64,000 nt of DNA from Cyanobacteria bacterium auto_48_18 (GTDB lineage: Bacteria; Cyanobacteriota; Vampirovibrionia; Obscuribacterales; Obscuribacteraceae). The position numbers and the translations under genes were made by a program. The stretch lies in contig JAVHQC010000035.1 of NCBI GenBank assembly GCA_036170915.1, positions 256,001-320,000 on the forward strand, in the 5' to 3' direction. The notes beneath the pieces are model-generated. The model was not told where the DNA came from. It saw nothing but the letters and a program-made list of their open reading frames with translations, and searched no databases. This document shows, piece after piece, positions 48,297 through 59,093 of this stretch. Numbering within the stretch: the stretch's first letter is position 1; every line of letters starts with the position of its first letter.

Positions 48297-48641
48297 CTAC
48301 TTGTATAGAGGCAAAAGCAAAACCGGCACTTCGGCAATTTCATGATCGACTACTTTTACCGCTGTGGCATTCTCTGCAGCAAAAACTTTGGCAAGGTCTT
48401 TCATTGATGTCTTGGCATTGTCGTAAACCACGATGGCAGCGTATGGTCGGTAAACTGAAACCATTGCTTTGAGCACACCAGGCCTGGCTTTAAGCTTTTT
48501 CTCAATGCGAATTAAACAGGCCGCACAACTACTACCGGCCACAACCATATCTGCGCGCTTAAGGGAAGCGCTTACGGGTTGCGGTGTCAGCCAGGCACTG
48601 ACAATCGAGGTGAACAATAGGACTTGGAGCAGTTTTCTCAT
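48297..48641 (-). CDS. Exported heavy-metal-associated (HMA) domain protein
   Basis: Signal peptide, then VAGSSCAACLIRIEKKLKARPGV (CxxC HMA motif). Confidence 0.8.
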   Translation of the reverse strand: MRKLLQVLLFTSIVSAWLTPQPVSASLKRADMVVAGSSCAACLIRIEKKLKARPGVLKAMVSVYRPYAAIVVYDNAKTSMKDLAKVFAAENATAVKVVDHEIAEVPVLLLPLYK

Positions 48642-48822
48642 ATATCTGTAGTGTAATGCCATTTTCAAATCAGCGTTTCCAAGCTTGAATATGCCCATTT
48701 TGCTCTAAGCGGTTTAACACAGTTAAAACAGTGGCCGGTTGCCAAGCATCAGAAGGTCGAGATTGGCGCAATCAGTTTAAACGCTGCTAAAATACCTGCT
48801 CATGCACATGACTGAATAGAGA

Positions 48823-50160
48823 ATGGACTTTTCCAGTGAGGATAATATAGTGTCGCGAAGAGTTAGTAATAGAAGTAACTTATTAGCCCTGGCTGCTCTA
48901 GCATCGCTGGGCTTTTCATCTATGCCCACCGCAGCAGAGGCGGCGCTTTCGGCAGGTCAGATTATCACCGCTGTGGAACAAGGAAAGATTCTTGCTAACG
49001 GTACTCGAGTCAATGCTGCAGTAAACGGCGCTGAAGCTTACGTTTCTACCTATCGCAATGCCCGCGCCAATGACAATGACTGCAAAATCGAAGCGGTACT
49101 GGTAGCAAAAACCGTCATTGATCTGGCTCCTACTGACATTAGTCGAGTGACTGTTTACTTTTACAGCTCGGCCAATCTGAACAAAAGAAAAGTAGTTTCA
49201 GTCACAGTGGGTGACGTAAAAGCCTTTGGTGCCGGTCAGTTAGGTAGAGAGCAGTTGCTCGCTTCTCTGAACATAAAAGATGATGATGTTAGCGACCCGG
49301 CCAGCAGACTTTCAGCTTATTTGCAAAACAGAGAATCGGCACGCAGCCGCAAGCGCATCGACACAATCATGGTGGGCGATACACTTGAAGTAACCGCTGA
49401 TCTTGATACCGACATGACCGATCGCGATATGAAATTCGAAGCTTTAAAAATTGGTGAAAAAGCCATCGAAACCGCCGGTCAAGCCGCAAAGAGAGTGCGC
49501 ATTAGCTTCTCTGACCCGGCCGCTAAAGGCACTTTCCGCCAGATAGAGTTTGAATCTTCGCAATTGCGCAGTTTAGACAGCAGCTTGCAATCGGCCTTAA
49601 GCAATGTACAAATTGCATCCATCAACGCTAAAGTCGACGTGCAAAGTCTTAGCACCGCAGACGGTGCCGACAAAGATTTGCGTGACAAAGCTCTCAGTCG
49701 CCTCAAAGATTTCGATAGCAAAGGAGTCGGGGTCGGTCCTTTTCTCAAATCGTTCTTCGCCATTGAACAGTTGATCTCACTTGGCAGTGACGAACAGGCT
49801 CACGCCGCCATTCTAAAACTAAACACGGCGCTAGACGAGCAGGCCGAACGAGCCAAGAATGCTAAAGAAATTAAGCCGGTGAAAACAGCAACAACCGCAG
49901 TAGTTGATAAATCGGCACCTGTAGCCAAAAACACAAAAAATCGCTTTGGTGGCACAGCTCTTTTGTCTGACAGCGAAATTATGACCGACCCAGAACGAGT
50001 TCTAAAATCGCAAGAGACAGAATTAGGTGACCCCTATAGCCCAAGAATTGTGGCAGTTTACACTCGTATTATCGAAGTGCTGACTGCAGCCAATCGCACC
50101 GACGATGCTCGCAAATTTACCGACAAGCTAAATTCGGTCAAGTCTAGGCTGACCAAATAA
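48823..50160 (+). CDS. Exported hypothetical protein, 445 aa
   Basis: Signal peptide ending AEA; two similar alpha/beta modules (DCKIEAVLVAK / DMKFEALKIGE). Exact start uncertain. Confidence 0.75.
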   Translation: MDFSSEDNIVSRRVSNRSNLLALAALASLGFSSMPTAAEAALSAGQIITAVEQGKILANGTRVNAAVNGAEAYVSTYRNARANDNDCKIEAVLVAKTVIDLAPTDISRVTVYFYSSANLNKRKVVSVTVGDVKAFGAGQLGREQLLASLNIKDDDVSDPASRLSAYLQNRESARSRKRIDTIMVGDTLEVTADLDTDMTDRDMKFEALKIGEKAIETAGQAAKRVRISFSDPAAKGTFRQIEFESSQLRSLDSSLQSALSNVQIASINAKVDVQSLSTADGADKDLRDKALSRLKDFDSKGVGVGPFLKSFFAIEQLISLGSDEQAHAAILKLNTALDEQAERAKNAKEIKPVKTATTAVVDKSAPVAKNTKNRFGGTALLSDSEIMTDPERVLKSQETELGDPYSPRIVAVYTRIIEVLTAANRTDDARKFTDKLNSVKSRLTK

Positions 50161-50161
50161 A

Positions 50162-50887
50162 CTAATAAATAAACACTCTGCTGCCGACGATTTGTTTGAA
50201 AGAATGTTCGGCCATAGTTTGTTGTGACGTTTCAGATTGATTCGAAATTGCTTGACGACACTGGTCGTCATACAACTGTGAGATTTCATCACAAAGGTCG
50301 ACAATCTTGGCTTGAAATACTGCAGCGACATCAGCTTCAGCCTGTTGTAGTGCCATTTTTCGAGCCTGCGACAAATTTGCACCCATGCCGTTATAACTTT
50401 TGCCAAGGACGCTGCCACCAGCAAGGCGCGCGGCAGCAGGTGCCATTTCGTAAACTTTGCGGCAAATATAAACATGCCCATCTTCATGAGCTCGAGTGAG
50501 CGCAGAGGCTTTTTTTTCCATCCAGATATTGATAGGACAGCTGAGCCGCATTTGCACACCTTTGACTTTTACTCTTAAAGTAGAAGCACCTGCTGTATCG
50601 TCAAACTCTTGATCTTCTAACTGAAAATCAGCAAAGCAGTGGAAAAACCACAATGTGTAAGCTTCGAAGTTCGGATCTTTTTCCACGCTGGGCAGTAAAT
50701 CTCGCACACCAAAATAGTTTTTATGCATCGCCAGCGGTGCACACTCGACCCGCACCTCCCTGGCGGCGTTAGCTGTGATTTGCTCATCATTTAGCAAGGT
50801 CGGCTTGCCCCCGGTGCAGGCAGAGCAGACGCTGAGGCATAGAAGTTGAGCGATTATAAGCTGCCAGCGGCTCATGAGGCTGCTCAT
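50162..50887 (-). CDS. Putative lipoprotein zinc metalloprotease (DUF922-like)
   Basis: Lipobox-like CSAC and HExxH motif AHEDGHVYI. Confidence 0.6.
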   Translation of the reverse strand: MSSLMSRWQLIIAQLLCLSVCSACTGGKPTLLNDEQITANAAREVRVECAPLAMHKNYFGVRDLLPSVEKDPNFEAYTLWFFHCFADFQLEDQEFDDTAGASTLRVKVKGVQMRLSCPINIWMEKKASALTRAHEDGHVYICRKVYEMAPAAARLAGGSVLGKSYNGMGANLSQARKMALQQAEADVAAVFQAKIVDLCDEISQLYDDQCRQAISNQSETSQQTMAEHSFKQIVGSRVFIY

Positions 50888-52620
50888 GAAACTACCTTAT
50901 TGACCTTGTGCTCGAGAATGACCTTACGAGTTATATCTGAGCTAATGGAAAGCTGCCTGATTGTCTTTTCTTGAAAAGATCCCGCTTGCGGAGGAATGAA
51001 TTTAAAAGTGTAGACACCTGAAGGCAAAGTTAATCGGCAAATGCCTTGATCGCCTGTGAGCACATAGCCGTAAGGCAGACTCATGGCGCTTCCTGAGGCG
51101 GCATTGACACTTTCTTCAGCATCACTTTCACTGCCGTAAGGATGGTAAAAGACCTGACAGCGAGGCACGGTCTGATCATCATCGCCGAAAACTTCGAACT
51201 TAATGCGCGACCAGCCGTGCCAGATAATATCTTCTTTGACAGGCTCACTGCCTATTTCAATGCGTCTGGCACTGCTAAAGTCTTTATGAACAACAAGCCA
51301 GTAGGCACCCGGTGAGAGAAAGAGGCAATAATTGCCTTCACCATCAGTAATACCATACACCAGAGCACTGCTGGTCAAATCAGGAGCAGCGCCTTGATCG
51401 ACGAAGGCCGAGACCCGCACACTAGGCCGTGCCTGGCCTGAATCATCACAAATGCGCCCTTGCAGAGCCGTACCTTCAGTTAGGCGAATGGCTACGTGTG
51501 TATCGGCGCCCACCACCACATTGCGCGACCATGGTGCCAGACTGCTATATTCACAACCATCAATCACTATCGGCGGCGCATCTTTTGGATGAGCCTGCGC
51601 CACCAGCTTATAACTTCCTCCCGGCACCGAAAGCGAGAAGTTGCCTTCATTGTCGGTGCGAGTAATATATTCTTGCTTGCTCTCAAGGCTTTGCACACGA
51701 ATCAAACTTTGCGATAAAGACGCACTTTCAAACATTACTTGTCCACGCAAGCGATGGCCCTCAGCAAGTGTGAAGCGCTGCTCCGTATTTTCCATCACTG
51801 CCAGATCTGTTTGCTGGGCGCCAAACAAAATCGAACCTGGTGGTGCTTCAATGACTAGATCATAAGAACCAGGCTCAAGCGCTAGTTCAAATCTTCCACT
51901 GTTGTCGCTGTATGTCTGGGCGCCAAAACTAAGTTCATTCAATAGCAAGCTGCGCCTCGAGGCCGCAGGTGAAATTCTTATCTGCGCCTTTTCAACAGGC
52001 TGACCAAATACATCTACAATTTCGCCTTTGAAAGAGAGTAAATCAGGCCATTCCAGCGCCAGATCCACATCTCTATCAACAGTTAAAACATCGCTGTGAG
52101 TGGTAATTATTTTGGCATTGTCGGAGTTATCATCTGCCGAGCAGCGCAGGGCGATATGATATTTTCCTCTTGGTACACACAAACTGAACTGGCCGTCTGC
52201 GTCTACAGCACTAACTTGTTTGTATGATGAAGGTTCAATTCCTAGTGCCACCACCTCAGTGCCCGCCACCATTTCGGCTGTAACTTGCTTAATCGTGCCA
52301 GAGACTATAGAACCTGTACTGAGGCTAATGTTGAGATTAGTGTTGGTAATCACTTTTACTTCAGGCACAGAGTGCTTAAGAATGCGAGTGGTGGCATCGG
52401 GAACCACGTCAATTCGATATACACCAATTTTCACCGAAAAGGAAAAATCACCTTTCGCACCGGTTTTGACTTCTTTGAGCGGCACCTGCCCATCCAGATC
52501 TTCATTGCTGAACAAATCGAAAAGCTGAACACTAACTCCTGCTAGCGCCAAACCCTGATGCCTGACGTGACCGGCAAGATTGAAAAAATGGTCGTTAATG
52601 GCGAACACTCCGGCTAACAA
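50884..52620 (-). CDS. Protein with tandem carboxypeptidase-regulatory/transthyretin-like beta-sandwich repeats
   Basis: Repeated G-x-V...(T/S)DxxGxF/Y...PGxY motifs. Confidence 0.78.
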   Translation of the reverse strand: MLAGVFAINDHFFNLAGHVRHQGLALAGVSVQLFDLFSNEDLDGQVPLKEVKTGAKGDFSFSVKIGVYRIDVVPDATTRILKHSVPEVKVITNTNLNISLSTGSIVSGTIKQVTAEMVAGTEVVALGIEPSSYKQVSAVDADGQFSLCVPRGKYHIALRCSADDNSDNAKIITTHSDVLTVDRDVDLALEWPDLLSFKGEIVDVFGQPVEKAQIRISPAASRRSLLLNELSFGAQTYSDNSGRFELALEPGSYDLVIEAPPGSILFGAQQTDLAVMENTEQRFTLAEGHRLRGQVMFESASLSQSLIRVQSLESKQEYITRTDNEGNFSLSVPGGSYKLVAQAHPKDAPPIVIDGCEYSSLAPWSRNVVVGADTHVAIRLTEGTALQGRICDDSGQARPSVRVSAFVDQGAAPDLTSSALVYGITDGEGNYCLFLSPGAYWLVVHKDFSSARRIEIGSEPVKEDIIWHGWSRIKFEVFGDDDQTVPRCQVFYHPYGSESDAEESVNAASGSAMSLPYGYVLTGDQGICRLTLPSGVYTFKFIPPQAGSFQEKTIRQLSISSDITRKVILEHKVNKVVS

Positions 52621-52644
52621 GAACTCATTTTACCCTAGATCTAA

Positions 52645-54039
52645 TCAGCACTCTGGCCCAAAAAACTTAATGGCCTCGCGTATCGTGGCAAAAGAGCCTG
52701 TGGCAACTAAATATGGGGCCCATTTTGATTTAGCGGGCTCCTGTTCAATTGTATGCCGCCCAATTTTCACCGCCTGCTCAAAATTCTCAGCCACTATGGC
52801 TTGAGCACCTAAAGCACGCCCGATATCAGCCAGTTGCTCTGGTCTATACATATTTCTCTCACTTGCCTGGGCGGCAAAAGTAAGCAGTAAATCGCCTTTT
52901 GTCAAAAGCGCTTTAAGCAACTCTTCGGCATTCTTGTTTTCAAAACAGGTCAATATAAAAATCATTTTTTTGTCAGAGCCAAATTTATCAAGCAGTGAAG
53001 CACGTAAGGCTGTTGCTCCATGCGGATTATGGGCACCGTCTAAAATAAACTTTTTGCTTTCCAAAATTTCAAAGCGGCCGGGCCAATTGGCTTTGCTTAA
53101 GCCGCGCTTTAAGCTGGCAAGAGTGTGTGCGCTATCAGCACTGATTAACGGTCGAGCAATGCCGCTCACTCCAAGAGCCATAAGCGCCGTTAGAACATTG
53201 ACTCGCTGGTAAGCACCATTTAGACCCGAGGCAAAATCGTCTGTTAAAAACAGCTCTTTCAACAAGGCCACAAACTCTTCCACATAATGAAAATCGTATT
53301 CAGGAGTTAAATATTCGATGGCAAAAAGACGAAAAATATCGTTGCTGCTGGCCCCCAGAGAAACATTTTTTATGGCGTACAGAGGGCAGCCTACAGCTAT
53401 TGCGCGCTCGCGTATTACTTCTAGAGCGTCGCCATCACAGGTGGTGAGTACGGGAACACCAGTTTTCAGAATTCCGGCTTTCTCAAAAGCGATTTTTGCT
53501 CTGGTGTCACCAAGAAACTGCATATGATCAAGATCTACATTGGTAATCACCGACACCAAGACATTGTTTAGAACGTTGGTAGCATCAAAGCGGCCACCAA
53601 GGCCGACTTCAAAAACACAAAAGTCGACCTCGCTCTCACCGTAATATGCAACAGCCATGGCCATGAGAAATTCAAACCATGTGAGCTTACCTAAATCTTC
53701 ACGCTCTCTACTGAAAGCGAGCGATTGTTGATGAACGAGCGTGGCGATGCGAGCAAAAGAGATATCGTCGATAGCCTTGCCGTCTACTACAAAGCGTTCG
53801 TTGAAGGCAATTAAGTGCGGGCCTGTAAATTTGCCGCAGCGGTAACCGAGCTCACTCAACATTGAGGCGAGCAGAGTGCTTACTGAACCTTTACCGTTGG
53901 TACCACCAACATGAAACGCCTTTAGCTGGTTTTGCGGATTGCCGCGAGCAGCAAAAAAGCTCTCCACGCGCGTTAAGCTTGGACGCTCAAGAGTCGGCAC
54001 AAGCGATTTTATGTAGTCAAGACTTTCCTGGTAATTCAA
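52645..54039 (-). CDS. folC: Folylpolyglutamate/dihydrofolate synthase
   Basis: HVGGTNGKGS, FEVGLGGRFDATN, IAFEKAGI, WPGRF and LDGAHNP. Confidence 0.96.
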   Translation of the reverse strand: MNYQESLDYIKSLVPTLERPSLTRVESFFAARGNPQNQLKAFHVGGTNGKGSVSTLLASMLSELGYRCGKFTGPHLIAFNERFVVDGKAIDDISFARIATLVHQQSLAFSREREDLGKLTWFEFLMAMAVAYYGESEVDFCVFEVGLGGRFDATNVLNNVLVSVITNVDLDHMQFLGDTRAKIAFEKAGILKTGVPVLTTCDGDALEVIRERAIAVGCPLYAIKNVSLGASSNDIFRLFAIEYLTPEYDFHYVEEFVALLKELFLTDDFASGLNGAYQRVNVLTALMALGVSGIARPLISADSAHTLASLKRGLSKANWPGRFEILESKKFILDGAHNPHGATALRASLLDKFGSDKKMIFILTCFENKNAEELLKALLTKGDLLLTFAAQASERNMYRPEQLADIGRALGAQAIVAENFEQAVKIGRHTIEQEPAKSKWAPYLVATGSFATIREAIKFFGPEC

Positions 54040-54080
54040 AAGATACTTTACTGCGGCGACTGAAACTGAATTTTAATTGA

Positions 54081-54716
54081 TTGTGGCTCTCATTTCTTTG
54101 CTTTACCATAGACCGTAACTCACTCTTACTTATAGATAGCGACAAAATCGAGGCCAAATTGTTATTTACCAGGAAACACTGCACGTCGAGCAAGAGGCTC
54201 TGGGAAGGCGGCATTATCAAACTGCGCGTTGATACTCTTAATTCTGAGGGTCACGAGACCATAAGAGAAGTTGTTGAGCACAACGGCGGAGTTGTGATCG
54301 CGGGCTGTAATAGCGAAGGCAAGGTTTTACTGGTCAGACAATATCGATATTCACTTGACCAGGATTTACTTGAATTGCCCGCCGGGCGCATCGAAGCTGG
54401 AGAAGACCCGCTACCGGCCGCCCAACGGGAACTGACGGAAGAGACCGGATATAGCGCCGAAAGCTGGAGTGAGCTATCGCGCATGTTTACAGCACCAGGC
54501 TTCTGCAATGAGGTTCTGTATCTCTACCATGCACAAAATCTGAGCTTTAAGGGCAAAAATCTTGATTTCGACGAAGAAACCGAGGTGCTTGAACTCACAC
54601 TCGAAGAGGCCTGGCAAATGGTTCAAGAGGGTAAAATTCAAGATGCTAAGACCATCGCCGGTCTCGGTCTATTGAGTCGCCTGGCAACGACTGCGCAAGC
54701 AGCATTGCCATTATGA
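54081..54716 (+). CDS. Nudix hydrolase (ADP-ribose pyrophosphatase-like); true start may be downstream
   Basis: Nudix box GRIEAGEDPLPAAQRELTEETGY, plus VRQYRY, APGF and IQDAKT. Confidence 0.9.
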   Translation: MWLSFLCFTIDRNSLLLIDSDKIEAKLLFTRKHCTSSKRLWEGGIIKLRVDTLNSEGHETIREVVEHNGGVVIAGCNSEGKVLLVRQYRYSLDQDLLELPAGRIEAGEDPLPAAQRELTEETGYSAESWSELSRMFTAPGFCNEVLYLYHAQNLSFKGKNLDFDEETEVLELTLEEAWQMVQEGKIQDAKTIAGLGLLSRLATTAQAALPL

Positions 54717-54832
54717 AATTCTTTGAAGCAAATTTACCTCTGTAAAGGTCCCTTTAAACCTGCTTTGACCCGAGTGCTACGGTGCTACAATTTGAGACAG
54801 TTCAGGAAGTTCGAGTTATCAGGTAGAAAAAT

Positions 54833-55081
54833 ATGAGTACTCAGAAAAACACCGGCGCATCATTCCCAATCGCAGCGATGTTTATTATCAGCATCATTTC
54901 AGCGCTTGTGGTGGCCGGTTCGTTCGAAGTGATCAAGGTCTGGCCACTACCTGCCAGTATCGTTCCAATGTTTGCCTGGCGCGGTGGCCTCGGCTGGGGG
55001 CTGATTGTTGGCGCAGTCAGTGGTCTCGTTCTCGGCTTTCTTACTGATGACAAGCATTTTGACGAGCCAAGTGAAGCCTGA
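54833..55081 (+). CDS. Small two-TM membrane protein
   Basis: 82 aa, two hydrophobic helices, the second Gly-rich; AGGT RBS-like sequence upstream. Confidence 0.7.
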   Translation: MSTQKNTGASFPIAAMFIISIISALVVAGSFEVIKVWPLPASIVPMFAWRGGLGWGLIVGAVSGLVLGFLTDDKHFDEPSEA

Positions 55082-55202
55082 TTTCGCCCGCTCGTATTGC
55101 AATCTTCTATAATTGGAAAACTATTACAGATTGGGTATGAACCCAATGTGTATAACTTCAATGTGAACCAATTGAATTTGAAGACCAGCAATTCAGGCCA
55201 GT

Positions 55203-57566
55203 GTGACGGACATGCAGAGCGATAACTTTCGAATGCCCGCCCAGACTGCCGCCAATAATTTGCAGCAAGCTGAATGGCTGGCTAAAGAAGGCCGCCTGGA
55301 AGAGGCAATTCCCTTATATGAAAGTGCCCTGGCCAATTTAGAGCGCACCAACGGTATGGAAGCGCCTGAACTGGCGGAATGTTTGCAAAATCTGGCGGAA
55401 GCTTATCAGTCTGTGGCGAGATACGAAGATTCGCTGCGCACAAACTGGCGACTGGTAAGAATCGGCGAAAAAATATTAGGACGCGTGCATCCTGATATGG
55501 TGAGCATGCTGCTCAAAATTGCCCAGACCAATGAAATGATGGGCAAGACTGAAGACGCTCTGCACATTGTCGAATCAGCTATTGCCACAGCAAAACAATG
55601 CATGCAGAGTGATAATCCGCTGGCGGTGAAACTGATTGAGCGGCACACTTATTTAGTTAACTTGCTGCGCAATCAAGGCGCTTCTAAATCTCAATACGAC
55701 GATCCCAGTCTTTATCAGGGAAATTCAGCTCAGTTACCGCCGCAACCGCAGATTCACAATCCAAATCCAAATCAGAATCAAGGCGCCAATACACCGCAAA
55801 ACCAGGTGCAGATTCCTTCTCAGTTGCATCAACAAATGATGCAGTACGAGGTACCGCAACCACAAGCTGCGGCTCCCAACGGTGCTTATCAGCATCCAGC
55901 CCAAGTACCCGTGCAAAAAATATCTGTGCAGCCGCATCCGATGGAAATTTCTATGGGCCATTCGGACATGCAAAACTTTGCCCGCGAAATGCTTAAAGAT
56001 ATGCCGGGCCCCCCTGGCAGCAAATCCCCTTTCAGCCAATCAGTTAACTTAGGCAATGCCAGTGGTGTCAACTACGAAGAAGTAACCAACCCGCAAGAAG
56101 CACTTGCTCTTGATCCTCGCATTGCGCCGATGCCGTTACCTCCACAGCGTCCTCAGGGTCTGGAAAAACAAGCCAGTTACGGTAATGCCCTGGCGCAGAG
56201 ACCTTCGCAAGATTTTGATAGTGGCGAAGAAGAAGAAGAGCCCTATACGGCAGAAGCAATTGCCAGTCTCACCAATCGCAATAAACCGAGCACACGCTCC
56301 AACGCTAAAGGTCGGCGACTATCAGATAGTGAGCAAAGTCGCATTCGCGTTGGTCGCGTTCTTAAAGATTTTGGTCTGCCTCTGGTGGCGCTGATTGTGC
56401 TGGTGGGCATGGTCTTTTATATTTTTAAATCATCCAAACCGGCGGCACCAGTTAAGCCTGCCACCGCAGCTGTTCCTCGTGGTCAATTGACCCTATTCGA
56501 GGGCCCCGACGGAAAAAAGCAGTTAAGACTTCTGGGAACGGAAGTCGCCTACCTCGTCAGTCAAAACGCCGCCACTAAAGTACCTTACAAACGAATCGGC
56601 AATAACTGGAGCGATTATTTCGCCATCACTTTTGGTTCGCTGACAGAGAAACAATTGTGGTTCGAAGAAGAAAAATCAAGTTTAAAGGGTGAAGACGGTT
56701 CAATTTATTATGGCGTAGACGGCCCGGAAAATATTGTTCTAGAAAAAATGCGCGATCTTGGCGGATTTGCCCAGAGTTATTTTTTACGCACTGGTGAATA
56801 CCCCAAAATGGTGCCGCCAGGTGCAGATTTTGCTTTCTCTTATATAAGCCCCTACAGTGGCAAAGGCTTAAGCATTCCAATCAGAACCGTCAGAGCAAAA
56901 GAAAAAGATTGCTCTGATGTTTTGTCTACTTTGGAAGGCGGTAACTATTTAGGTAACGAAGAAACGGCCACACCAGGTTATATCTGTGCCTATGCCGCTA
57001 CTTATGGCGACAATGCCACCGACACAATGAAATGCGTGAAATTTTTTGTGCGTGGCTGCAGGAAAGACGGCCGCTTTTTGATGACCGATCACGACAAAAT
57101 TTTTGTACTCACCGCTGACAATAGTTTTCTAAAACAGCTAGCGCCATCTGTTGTAGATAAGAAAGCAGACAAAGTGCCTTTGCGCACCAGCGTTCGCAAT
57201 CGCAAATCAAAAAAAGCCGCCCCGCCAGTGGTGGCAGCAGCCAAAAACTTTGAGATTCCAAAAGCCAAATCGCAAACTACGACGGCCATAGATCAGGCGG
57301 TTTATTCAAGAGCAGAACCGCCCGAGAAACCCACGCAGATGTATTTGATCATGAATCCACCAGTGCCCTTGGGCGTGCTCCATCACCTCGTACCCTTGCT
57401 TCTACTGCTTCTCACTTTTGCCGCTTTCATTCGTTCTCAAATGGTCGGTTTTGATATTAAGGGCCAAGCTGTTTCTACCGGTTCCAATGCCGCTGTCCTA
57501 GTGGCCGGAATAAGCTTCTTGCTACTGGCAGTGTCGGTTTTGATTCAGTTTGCCATCTTCCGCTAA
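55203..57566 (+). CDS. Membrane protein with N-terminal TPRs, Q/P-rich linker, central TM, extracytoplasmic domain and 2 C-terminal TMs
   Basis: Kinesin-light-chain-like TPRs (LAECLQNLAEAY, HPDMVSML), TM LPLVALIVLVGMVFYIF and two C-terminal hydrophobic helices. Confidence 0.8.
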   Translation: MTDMQSDNFRMPAQTAANNLQQAEWLAKEGRLEEAIPLYESALANLERTNGMEAPELAECLQNLAEAYQSVARYEDSLRTNWRLVRIGEKILGRVHPDMVSMLLKIAQTNEMMGKTEDALHIVESAIATAKQCMQSDNPLAVKLIERHTYLVNLLRNQGASKSQYDDPSLYQGNSAQLPPQPQIHNPNPNQNQGANTPQNQVQIPSQLHQQMMQYEVPQPQAAAPNGAYQHPAQVPVQKISVQPHPMEISMGHSDMQNFAREMLKDMPGPPGSKSPFSQSVNLGNASGVNYEEVTNPQEALALDPRIAPMPLPPQRPQGLEKQASYGNALAQRPSQDFDSGEEEEEPYTAEAIASLTNRNKPSTRSNAKGRRLSDSEQSRIRVGRVLKDFGLPLVALIVLVGMVFYIFKSSKPAAPVKPATAAVPRGQLTLFEGPDGKKQLRLLGTEVAYLVSQNAATKVPYKRIGNNWSDYFAITFGSLTEKQLWFEEEKSSLKGEDGSIYYGVDGPENIVLEKMRDLGGFAQSYFLRTGEYPKMVPPGADFAFSYISPYSGKGLSIPIRTVRAKEKDCSDVLSTLEGGNYLGNEETATPGYICAYAATYGDNATDTMKCVKFFVRGCRKDGRFLMTDHDKIFVLTADNSFLKQLAPSVVDKKADKVPLRTSVRNRKSKKAAPPVVAAAKNFEIPKAKSQTTTAIDQAVYSRAEPPEKPTQMYLIMNPPVPLGVLHHLVPLLLLLLTFAAFIRSQMVGFDIKGQAVSTGSNAAVLVAGISFLLLAVSVLIQFAIFR

Positions 57567-57584
57567 GTCGTATTTTCCATAAAC

Positions 57585-58289
57585 TCAAAGCAAAGCTTCG
57601 GCAAGAAAGTAAGCGGCCACACCAAAAGCCACCGAGGCATTGAGCGATTCTTTCTCACCACGCATACTGAGGTGACAAACATGATCGGCCAGCACCAGTG
57701 CTTCAGGCGAAACTCCTTGCACTTCATTGCCTAAAATTAGACAGATTGGCAGCGATAATTTTTTGCCGGTAAGCTCAGTATACAAAGACTTCGACGAAGC
57801 ATTTTTTTCAAGTGCCACTATTGAGTAGCCTTGCATTTTCAGCGGCAAAATAATGTCAGGCAAAAATGAAAAATATGAAAAAGCAATCCAGTCTTCAGCA
57901 CCGAGGCTTACTTTAGCTATTTGTTTGCGAGGCGGCACACCGGTGATTCCCGCCAGATAAACATGTGAAAAACCGGCAGCATCAGCAGTGCGAAAGACAG
58001 CGCCAACATTGTGCAAACTGCGAATGTCGTCAAGCACCACCACTAATTGATTTTGCCCGGCATCAAGCACAGGCGAAGCCACTGTCTGTGGTGCGTCAAA
58101 TTGAGATGAATCTAGCTCTGGTTTGGTATTTTTAGCAGCCAGTTGTTCAATCAACTCTGCCGGTCGCGCCAGACACGGCCGCGAGCAGTGCGGGCAATCA
58201 GTGCCGCCGAAGCGGTCGGTCAAATTAAACTGCGCCCCTTCTACCTCAAAGCCCTTGCGGCAATCAGGATAAGGACAAATGGAAAGCAC
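57585..58289 (-). CDS. TrmH/SpoU family RNA methyltransferase with an N-terminal zinc ribbon
   Basis: HNVGAVFRTADAAG, ILGNEVQGV and ESLNASVA; N-terminal CPYPDC...CPHC. Confidence 0.92.
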   Translation of the reverse strand: MLSICPYPDCRKGFEVEGAQFNLTDRFGGTDCPHCSRPCLARPAELIEQLAAKNTKPELDSSQFDAPQTVASPVLDAGQNQLVVVLDDIRSLHNVGAVFRTADAAGFSHVYLAGITGVPPRKQIAKVSLGAEDWIAFSYFSFLPDIILPLKMQGYSIVALEKNASSKSLYTELTGKKLSLPICLILGNEVQGVSPEALVLADHVCHLSMRGEKESLNASVAFGVAAYFLAEALL

Positions 58290-58295
58290 AGCGCT

Positions 58296-58919
58296 TTAGG
58301 CCCTTAACTTGGCTTCGATACCACCAGCAAATTGTTCCATCTGGGCAGCGATGGAATCGCGAGAAGTCTTACGCAATAAATGAGCGTAGTTGCGCAGCAA
58401 GTTGATCAAATCTGGATGGTTGTTTCCAAGAGACTTGTTTTTAATATCGAGAGCTTTGCGATAATGACCGTCGGCTTCATCATACTTTTGTTGAGCGTGG
58501 CAAACCAGAGCCAGGTGATAAAGCGATTTGCCCACTTCTAAATGCTCAGCCGGAAAAGACTTGCGACGCATGGCCAGCGAACGCTCAAAATGACTCATGG
58601 CATCTTTATAAAAGCCACGCTTGAAATAAACGGCGCCCATATTGTTGAGTACCGTGGCAATGTCTTGATGATCGTTGCCCTGAGCACTTTCGCGCAGACT
58701 CAATGCTCGCTTGTAAAGCGATTCGGCCTCAGCATAATTGCCTTTGACAAATTGCACTTGAGCCAAACCTTCTATTGAAGTCACCAGACGACCGTCGCCT
58801 TTGGCAAACTTCTCAGCTTCTTCCAGCGCGGCTTGCCAATCTTTCACGGCATTCTCCAGATCCTTCGCTTCCAGGGCTTTGTATGCTGAATCTTTCAGAT
58901 CGGTCCAGACTTGAGACAT
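58296..58919 (-). CDS. TPR protein (kinesin-light-chain-like repeats)
   Basis: GNYAEAESLYKRAL, HQDIATVLNNMG and HPDLINLLRNYA. Confidence 0.9.
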   Translation of the reverse strand: MSQVWTDLKDSAYKALEAKDLENAVKDWQAALEEAEKFAKGDGRLVTSIEGLAQVQFVKGNYAEAESLYKRALSLRESAQGNDHQDIATVLNNMGAVYFKRGFYKDAMSHFERSLAMRRKSFPAEHLEVGKSLYHLALVCHAQQKYDEADGHYRKALDIKNKSLGNNHPDLINLLRNYAHLLRKTSRDSIAAQMEQFAGGIEAKLRA

Positions 58920-59093
58920 TTGCTCTTTGCTCCCTGCTTATCATGTTTGAGATTGACTCTCGGGCTTTTCAATATGTACCCGCTCAGGCATTTAATTCCA
59001 TTTTTAATTCTACAAGAGTTACACTAACGCAAACAAAAAGCACAGGCCTCAGCAGTCGGTGCATTCCTGCGTAATTGCACTTTGGAGGAATTT

